Below, in pieces: positions 1 through 5,624 of a DNA stretch of 16,573 nt. The translations under genes were made by a program, and so were the position numbers. The notes beneath the pieces were generated by a model. It ran no database searches. It was not told the origin of the DNA and saw nothing but the letters and a program-made list of their open reading frames with translations. Source of the stretch: Thermodesulfovibrionales bacterium. Its GTDB lineage: Bacteria; Nitrospirota; Thermodesulfovibrionia; Thermodesulfovibrionales; SM23-35. Numbering within the stretch: the first letter of the stretch is position 1; each line of letters starts with the position of its first letter. Location: contig CAVQRT010000029.1 in the NCBI GenBank assembly GCA_963715195.1, positions 1 through 16,573 of the forward strand, given 5' to 3'.

Positions 1-51
1 ATTGAGAAGTGTCGATGGTGTTCAGTTGATGAAGACATCCTCAATATTTGA
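1..51 (+). CDS. 3' end of an unknown protein (IEKCRWCSVDEDILNI*), partial at window edge
   Basis: Frame 1 is open from base 1 to TGA 49-51. A diverged in-frame copy (IKKCEWCAVDEEVKNL*) at 980-1030 is conserved at protein level, including the stop position. Confidence 0.55.
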   Translation: MEKCRWCSVDEDILNI

Positions 52-85
52 AAAATCTCAAGACTATTGAATATTAGGTGTTAGG

Positions 86-127
86 AAGAAAAAGGCTATG
101 CGTCCTTCTGGGCAAAAGGCGCACAGC
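86..127 (-). terminator. Putative intrinsic terminator
   Basis: Minus strand reads GCTGTGCG-CCTTTT-GCCC-AGAAGG-A-CGCATAGC followed by CTTTTTCTT. G-U pairs favour the minus strand. Confidence 0.5.
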
Positions 128-201
128 ATTCCAAACAGGCTCCGAAAGCAAAGCTCCTTCCTGAATGCAGCAAAATTGTTGTTTTATAAGAAGCGGCAGA
201 G

Positions 202-225
202 TGCTATTGTTAATCAACAATAGCA
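202..225. repeat. Perfect 10-bp inverted repeat (operator-like, or top of a longer hairpin 188-240)
   Basis: TGCTATTGTT-aatc-AACAATAGCA. The flanks AAGAAGCGG (188-196) and CCGCTCTT (233-240) can also pair. Confidence 0.6.
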
Positions 226-352
226 AGGCATCCCGCTCTTGAGCCCTTTCATCATATGAAATGCGAAATATCTTCAGAGTATCCACAGCGAGCAGCAGCA
301 CCATGAATAAAGAATTTCTTGCCCATGACTCCCGGTAGTCTGACACTGCAAC

Positions 353-361
353 TGGTATAAT
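353..361 (+). promoter_or_regulatory. Extended -10 promoter element for the DUF4833-like gene
   Basis: TGGTATAAT (TGnTATAAT), 65 nt upstream of ATG 427. Confidence 0.45.
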
Positions 362-426
362 GAGTGGGAACGACCCATTAGCATATGTGCTGGTTTGCCG
401 TGAAACACTTATTTATTCAGAGACAA

Positions 427-1030
427 ATGAACAAGATATTGTGGTGGATTGCCGTTCTGGTATTGATTACCCAGGCTAATGCCCAGATTACTACTTCACC
501 GCTGTTTATCATCGAGCAGACAAGATGCAAATGTCGTGCATTACGTCGCCCAGCTAACCGCTGATGGCAAGCTTGACCCCAATGAGCCGGTGACTGCATA
601 CTGGGTAATGCTCGCCGAAGACGGTCGCCGCAAAAAACTAAACTGGATCGAGAAGAGAAAAGCCTATGGGTTTACCATTAAGCATGGAGTGTCGGCAAGT
701 AGCTATATAATGACCCTGGTGGCATACCCCGAACTTCAGATTACGGTCAAGCAGGAGAACGATTCCGTTCTTGCCGAGACGGTTATCAATGGTAGGCCTG
801 CTGTCTTGGGAAAGATGTTTATCAACGCATCCGAAGGGCTATTTGGACCCACAGTCCTATCCATTGAAGTATATGGTAAAGATCTACAGACAGGGGAGAT
901 GCTCCGCGAAAAGTTGGTGCCAGGAATAATCATCTTCGTACCGTCGTCTTTCGTTAGATTCCCTTTAAAGGTCACACAGATCAAGAAGTGTGAATGGTGC
1001 GCAGTTGATGAAGAAGTGAAAAATCTGTGA
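427..1030 (+). pseudogene. DUF4833-like exported protein, frameshifted
   Basis: ATG 427 encodes a signal peptide MNKILWWIAVLVLITQANA followed by ..PLFIIE. The body (DANVVHYVAQL..LDPNEPVTAYW..LNWIEKRKAYG..GKDLQTGE) is in the next frame (ORF 479-1030), with the shift near 515-525. The probable native stop TAA 927-929 is out of frame again. Family name is from recall. Confidence 0.6.
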
Positions 1031-1157
1031 AAGCAATCTTGGGTGTCTCTTCCCATTAGTACTGATCATGGCAAGTAAAAGTTATGGAATTGTGAATGTC
1101 TCATCCCGATAATATTAAGTAGTAATAATTGCTATCTTCGTTTGCAGTTGAGCGTCT

Positions 1158-1940
1158 TTATAGGACTCCGAGTATCCAACCCTCGATGCCGGCAACAGTC
1201 TTTTCCGGTGGTGTGAGCGGCGGATTAAAAAACATCTGCAGTGAGTTATCAAGGTCCGCGCGACGGAGCCAAGCAGACACGCTATAAGCCGCCTGTTGGT
1301 CGCTGTTCCTATCATCTATTAGGAAGCGACGCATCCAAAGAGATGGATAAACTTCTACTATAAGAGACTTTGAAGGCGATATCGTCCAACCATCAAATGG
1401 CCAAAAATGCACGAGTTCTCTGGTGTGCATACGCAAATATCGTAGCCACGGTAGACCCGCGTGCGTCGATTTTGCGACAGAACCTTGGACATCAAATTTA
1501 AAGACAGATTTCGCGGTAGCCGTCCATTCCTCTGTCAATCGGAGCCACGATGGATGTCCCGTTCTCATAGCACCTTGACCATGAAGACCTTCACGTATGA
1601 AATCAACGTACATATGATCTTTGTCAGTTGGCCAGTGTTGCTGAAAATCATCGAGAAACTTTTCCCAGTCAGGCTGTAGAAGATGGGATTCAAAGTAACG
1701 CAGCGGAAATGAAAATCCGTGGTCAATTCCAACAATGGTCAGCCGACCTTTAGATAGTTCATCTCGAAGCCATTCAGCTATTCCACGTCGTGTCCAATAT
1801 CGCCTCGGGCTGGGTGGAGGGTAAACTTCCTGTGGCTGGCTCTCTTTGTTCGCCCTATAAACTCTCAATCCACTTAGGCTCGATGTCGGGGTTTCAGCAC
1901 CTGAGTAATCGATACCTATGTATTGTTCAAATAGTGCCAT
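1158..1940 (-). CDS. DUF429-like predicted nuclease (RNase H fold)
   Basis: 260-aa ORF with motifs YIGIDYSGA, VGIDHGFSFP, RLTE, HFWPFDGW and VEVYP, typical of this family. Confidence 0.7.
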   Translation of the reverse strand: MALFEQYIGIDYSGAETPTSSLSGLRVYRANKESQPQEVYPPPSPRRYWTRRGIAEWLRDELSKGRLTIVGIDHGFSFPLRYFESHLLQPDWEKFLDDFQQHWPTDKDHMYVDFIREGLHGQGAMRTGHPSWLRLTEEWTATAKSVFKFDVQGSVAKSTHAGLPWLRYLRMHTRELVHFWPFDGWTISPSKSLIVEVYPSLWMRRFLIDDRNSDQQAAYSVSAWLRRADLDNSLQMFFNPPLTPPEKTVAGIEGWILGVL

Positions 1941-2028
1941 AGAAATTAACAGAGCCTCATGTTTTGCTGATCATCTAGTGGCCGATACAACATCCGATAT
2001 AGGGAGATAAATAAAGACAGCTATGGTT

Positions 2029-2376
2029 TCAAGCTGTCTTCCGCTTTGCGGTTTCCTTTTCGAGGACATCGACTATATACTTATTAAGCGTGACTCCTCT
2101 CTTCGTTGCCTCCAAGGCAATGTGCTGGTGCAGTCTGGAACCAACCCTAATATTAAAGGATCCCTTGAATGGTTGCTCAGGTTCTTTCCCTGTTTCCTTA
2201 CAGGTCTGAAGGTAGTCGTCAACAGCTTCCTCGAAGGATTTACGCAGTGAGGTAACATCAGTGCCTTCATAGCTGACAAGGGCGCGGATGAACTCGACCT
2301 TCCCGTAAAATACTTTGTCCTCATCGCTGTAATGAACTGATCCGTAATAATTCTTGTATTTCATCATGTCTTTCAT
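2029..2376 (-). CDS. hicB: Type II TA antitoxin HicB
   Basis: MKYKNYYGSVHYSDEDKVFYGKV..FEEAVDDYL..PFKGSFNIRV..LH..LN, with a C-terminal RHH-type segment. Overlaps the hicA stop by 4 nt (ATGA). Confidence 0.92.
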   Translation of the reverse strand: MKDMMKYKNYYGSVHYSDEDKVFYGKVEFIRALVSYEGTDVTSLRKSFEEAVDDYLQTCKETGKEPEQPFKGSFNIRVGSRLHQHIALEATKRGVTLNKYIVDVLEKETAKRKTA

Positions 2377-2627
2377 ATCAATCCCTCTGCTCTTAAGGTT
2401 TCCTCGACTTGCTCCAACTGGTACTTTTTCAATACCGGTGTTGGATGCGGTTTGTGCAAAATAATGGGCGGCAGGGTTTCATGCATGAACTTAACCCTTG
2501 ATCCCCCGGTCTTTCCAGCTTTTGCCAATTTGTATCCAAATCCGTTTAACAGGTTGACAAGTTCCTGCCAGGTGAAGTCACTGGGCCTTGACAGGATACG
2601 ATCGATACTCTTTTTACGTCTACTCAG
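2373..2627 (-). CDS. hicA: Type II TA toxin HicA (mRNA interferase); likely CTG start at 2627 (ORF track starts at GTG 2642)
   Basis: PSDFTWQELVNLLNGFGY..KTGGSRVKF..LHKPHP..LKKYQ. SD AAGGAGG at 2639-2633 lies 5 nt before CTG. Confidence 0.9.
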   Translation of the reverse strand: MSRRKKSIDRILSRPSDFTWQELVNLLNGFGYKLAKAGKTGGSRVKFMHETLPPIILHKPHPTPVLKKYQLEQVEETLRAEGLI

Positions 2628-2667
2628 GGAATCCTCCTTCACAGACTTCCCAATAACTCATGAGCCT

Positions 2668-2710
2668 AGTGTATCAGGAATGAACAACAAAAGCAACTAT
2701 ACTTAGTTGC
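2668..2710 (-). promoter_or_regulatory. hicAB sigma70 promoter with overlapping palindromic operator (probable HicB site)
   Basis: -35 TTGCTT (2696-2691), 17 nt, TGA-TACACT (-10 at 2673-2668). Inverted repeat GCAACTA-tact-TAGTTGC at 2693-2710 overlaps the -35. Confidence 0.7.
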
Positions 2711-2816
2711 AAACTCGCCTAGACAGTACAGTCGGCTTGGATCGTTGTTCCGCTTTTTGATTTCTCTTAAAAGGGCAAAATATGCAAATATTACGTTGAA
2801 GCGTTATTACTGAGAA

Positions 2817-2838
2817 CGTGACTAAATCGTGACAGAAT
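2817..2838. repeat. 11-bp direct repeat, candidate integrase arm-type sites
   Basis: CGTGACTAAAT CGTGACAGAAT, about 120 bp inside the att site. Confidence 0.5.
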
Positions 2839-2955
2839 ATATCCAAAAATATCGAAACATATATAACAATATCTAAATAAGTAGAAACTGTAACTGCTTG
2901 GCGGTTAAGGCTTTTTCTGCTATTTTCAAGCACTTATGAATTCCCGTCAACAAAA

Positions 2956-3000
2956 TTCCTAAACCTGGTGTCGCAGGTTCGATTCCTGCAGGGGGTACCA
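2956..3000 (+). other. 3' half of tRNA-Arg(CCT), an att site duplication rather than a complete tRNA
   Basis: Anticodon loop TTCCTAA, T arm GCAGG-TTCGATT-CCTGC, acceptor 3' strand and ACCA. No D arm or acceptor 5' strand upstream. Confidence 0.85.
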
Positions 3001-3106
3001 TTTCCCTTATTTTTCAAGTACTTTTTGTCAGTCTTCTGGTGACTGATTGCGACTGATTCTAAAGGTAGGTATTTCTAAACACCTTGATTTTAATGAATAA
3101 TTGCAG

Positions 3107-3141
3107 AATCGACACCAGGTTAAATGGTTCTGGTGTCGATT
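3107..3141 (+). terminator. 12-bp perfect hairpin, possible terminator
   Basis: AATCGACACCAG (3107-3118) / CTGGTGTCGATT (3130-3141), with only a weak U tract after it. Confidence 0.45.
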
Positions 3142-3264
3142 TCTTCCTCAGGGTGGTCATCAGTATAGATCCTATTGAAGAATCTGGCAAGAAGTAGGAG
3201 AAGAATTTTTGTTTAGTTTGTTTTAAAACAGAGGTCCCTGTGAGTTCTTATGACAACAGGCGCT

Positions 3265-3280
3265 ATCCGCCTCGGCGGAT
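3265..3280. repeat. Small GC-rich palindrome (REP-like)
   Basis: ATCCGCC-tc-GGCGGAT within an AT-rich intergenic region. Confidence 0.5.
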
Positions 3281-3361
3281 TCGTTGGGGAGAGCCCAAAA
3301 ACTTTTCCTGTACATACGCTTGACATGAATTGCATTTTTTGAATTAAATGCTGATAATCTA

Positions 3362-3871
3362 ATGCAGGAGAAAAGGGACAGAATGCCTCATGACGACATA
3401 TTAGACAGGCATCAGGATGTTAAGAAACCGGCATATCATTATGAAATCCTCATAAAGAGTCCAGGATTTGAACTGTGCAAAAAGAAAGTTCTGCTTTTTT
3501 TTGAAAAATATCGGCTTGTCCGTTTCAGTGTCATTTCAGTACATGAAAGTGCATCTCTTTCTGCTATGCATCCGGCATTTCACGGAAGACTCAGGGAAGC
3601 AATCCTTGCAAACCGCAGAATATTAGATGACCTTATCAGAGAGTTGCAGGAAGAAAAGGTAACGACTCTGAACGACCTGAATTTGCTCCCTCAGGGGTAC
3701 AAAACCAAACTGCTCCACGTCATCACCCATTTTCTCGACGGCTTCTTCGGTATTGACACGTACTTCTATAATCTCATCGAAGATTCGCACTGGGTTTCAG
3801 AGAAAATGCAGAGCGCAATAGGGGAAGCGCCTGCTGATTATTGGCTTCTGTCCCTTGATGCCCGCATTTGA
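3362..3871 (+). CDS. Conserved hypothetical protein (true start may be ATG 3383)
   Basis: 169-aa ORF filling the gap before rpsT, with motif HFLDGFFGIDTYFYNLIEDSHWVS. TTGCAT-N17-GATAAT (3330-3358) plus GGAG 3367-3370 favours the second ATG. Confidence 0.8.
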   Translation: MQEKRDRMPHDDILDRHQDVKKPAYHYEILIKSPGFELCKKKVLLFFEKYRLVRFSVISVHESASLSAMHPAFHGRLREAILANRRILDDLIRELQEEKVTTLNDLNLLPQGYKTKLLHVITHFLDGFFGIDTYFYNLIEDSHWVSEKMQSAIGEAPADYWLLSLDARI

Positions 3872-3932
3872 TATTGCTTTTCAACCGTCCGCTATGGTAT
3901 TTTTATAGTCTAATTTAGACAGGAGGTTCGAA

Positions 3933-4229
3933 TTGCCAGCAAAAGCGAGACCGAAGAAAAACCTTTCAGCCATGAAGAGGGCAAGACAGAGCGTCAAAAG
4001 AAGCCTTCGAAACAGGAGTGTTTTGAGCAATTTGAAAACTATCACAAAGAAGGTTGAGACAGCGATCACTGCAGGGGCCCGGGAAGATGCAGAAAAAGCC
4101 CTCTTGCAGGCAATAAAAGCGTTGGACATGGCTGTGTCAAAGGGTGTGATCCACAAGAATACTGCCTCAAGGAAGATATCCCGGCTTACCCGAAAGGTGA
4201 ATGCAGTCTCTGGAGCCGCAGCAGCTTAA
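3933..4229 (+). CDS. rpsT: 30S ribosomal protein S20
   Basis: SAMKRARQS..RN..LKT..KGVIHKNTASRKISRL. TTG start with SD AGGAGG at 3921-3926. Confidence 0.97.
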   Translation: MPAKARPKKNLSAMKRARQSVKRSLRNRSVLSNLKTITKKVETAITAGAREDAEKALLQAIKALDMAVSKGVIHKNTASRKISRLTRKVNAVSGAAAA

Positions 4230-5106
4230 CAAGAAGGTATTCCACCGGAAAATTCCTTCCCGAGCTTTTCATTTCGATATCTGCCTGATGAAGAAGTCCG
4301 AATATATTCAGGAGATATGCTTTTTCCTGCTGGCTCATCTTTTCACTGAAAAAACGCGCATATTGCCAGTTCAGGGCACCAATCAGGCCATAATCGTCTG
4401 AAGTCTCTTTCAGGGATTTATATATCCGGAATACCCTGTCGGAGTCCTGCTCCCTCAGCGCATTGACCAGGTCAAAAATACCGTACTGCCTTCCCCCGGC
4501 AACAATATCCGAGATGTCATCAATATCGATCTTCTTCTGACCGGCAAAGGAGATTTTTTCGATCTCGGCCGACAGAAGTCCGGGGTCATATCCCACAAGA
4601 CTGATAATATATTCAACAGCATCATCAGAAATATCGATGCCCTTTGCTTTAATGTTCTGCTTTATCCACTGTGGAATTTCCGAGTCCCTCATATCGATGG
4701 ATACGGGCTTGAAGGCCTTGAATTTTTCCTTCGCTACTTTGCTCAGGACGCCAACATGGAAAATTACGAGGACTGAATCCTGCGGCGGTTTTGCAGCATA
4801 TATTGCGAGCTTTTCAAGATCGTCTTTCAGAAATTTCTGAAGGTTTCCAGTCATGATTGTGAACCGTTTGCCGCCGAAGAAGGAGGCGGTGTTTGCTACC
4901 TCGAGAACCCGTTCGAGCGTAGTATTTTCCTCTCCCTGCGTCAAGAGATCAAATATGTGGAGATTGAAGTCTCTTTCGGCAACGGGAACCAATGTTCTGA
5001 CTGCTCCAAGGGCCTCCCGGCAGAGAAACGGGTCTGACACGGAAAAGAGATAGACAGGAGATGGAAGTCCCTTCCGTACCTCGTTCAAAAAAGACTGGAG
5101 ACTCAT
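4186..5106 (-). CDS. holA: DNA polymerase III subunit delta
   Basis: PVYLF..DFNL..ANTASFFGGKR..EIEK..IFDLVNAL, in the canonical leuS-lptE-holA synteny. Confidence 0.9.
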   Translation of the reverse strand: MSLQSFLNEVRKGLPSPVYLFSVSDPFLCREALGAVRTLVPVAERDFNLHIFDLLTQGEENTTLERVLEVANTASFFGGKRFTIMTGNLQKFLKDDLEKLAIYAAKPPQDSVLVIFHVGVLSKVAKEKFKAFKPVSIDMRDSEIPQWIKQNIKAKGIDISDDAVEYIISLVGYDPGLLSAEIEKISFAGQKKIDIDDISDIVAGGRQYGIFDLVNALREQDSDRVFRIYKSLKETSDDYGLIGALNWQYARFFSEKMSQQEKAYLLNIFGLLHQADIEMKSSGRNFPVEYLLVKLLRLQRLHSPFG

Positions 5107-5624
5107 CGGTACATGAGTGCTGCAACAATCTGTTGTGCTATGTCGCGGATTGCCCTTTCGGAGGCAAGTTCCTTGAATGCGAGAAGTGTCGTTAACTGTC
5201 CTGATCCGGAAAAAGAGATGATAAAAGGGGAGCCGATATCCTTGAGCTCTCTGACATACCCTGAGGGGCCTGAAACCAGGAAATCACCCTTCATGACTAT
5301 TTCATATTCAGTAGCTATATCTGACGTTTCAGACAGTATCCGTAATTCAAAAAGATTGATCTTTCCCCGCAGGTGATAATCGGCCCCGGGATGAACCGCA
5401 AAGCCCTGCCTGAGAAGTTCATCGGTTAATGCCAGCGAGAGCTTATCCTGGAGTTTCGGCTCATCGGTTCTGTTTTCTATGCGATCTATCTGTATGGCTT
5501 GAAATGGGAACGATTTCTTGCTGTGGATGGCATATCCACAAGAAAAGACAGTAGATAGTAGACAGTAGATAATAGACAGGATAATTATATTTTGAGTTTT
5601 GGATTTTGATTTCCGGGTTTTCAT
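5103..5624 (-). CDS. lptE: LPS assembly lipoprotein LptE family
   Basis: Lipobox VFS-C29-GY, ENRT-EP-L motif, position between leuS and holA. Confidence 0.85.
   Translation of the reverse strand: MKTRKSKSKTQNIIILSIIYCLLSTVFSCGYAIHSKKSFPFQAIQIDRIENRTDEPKLQDKLSLALTDELLRQGFAVHPGADYHLRGKINLFELRILSETSDIATEYEIVMKGDFLVSGPSGYVRELKDIGSPFIISFSGSGQLTTLLAFKELASERAIRDIAQQIVAALMYR
5546..5618. repeat. Heptamer tandem repeat tracts within the lptE signal peptide
   Basis: AGACAGT AGATAGT AGACAGT AGATAAT AGACAGG (5546-5580). A second, degenerate tract at about 5590-5618 reads ATCAAA ATCCAAA ACTCAAA on the mRNA. Confidence 0.8.

Larger units (their letters stand above)
1..3000. mobile_element. Right end of a tRNA-Arg(CCT)-integrated genomic island (integrase not in window)
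   Basis: tRNA 3' fragment at 2956-3000, 11-bp direct repeats at 2817-2838, IHF-like site at 2924-2936, accessory cargo (TA pair, pseudogene) and an AT-rich border. Confidence 0.75.

Noticed and set aside
108..170. GGCAAA..GAAA..GCAAAGC resembling a c-di-GMP-I (GEMM) riboswitch
   Set aside because: Spacing and P1/P2 pairing do not fit, and the GACGCAAAGC context is absent.
74..346. 90-aa minus-strand ORF
   Set aside because: No recognisable motifs or SD, and it runs through hairpins and a terminator-like structure.
78..2030. Integron cassette array (GTTAGG at 80, GTTAGAT at 953)
   Set aside because: No paired RYYYAAC/GTTRRRY attC folds after genes, mixed gene orientation, no intI.
2703..2933. 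76-aa minus ORF at the island border
   Set aside because: Lies over AT-rich att-arm DNA with no protein-like features.
2930..3000. Complete tRNA-Arg
   Set aside because: The 5' acceptor strand and D arm are missing; only the 3' half is present.
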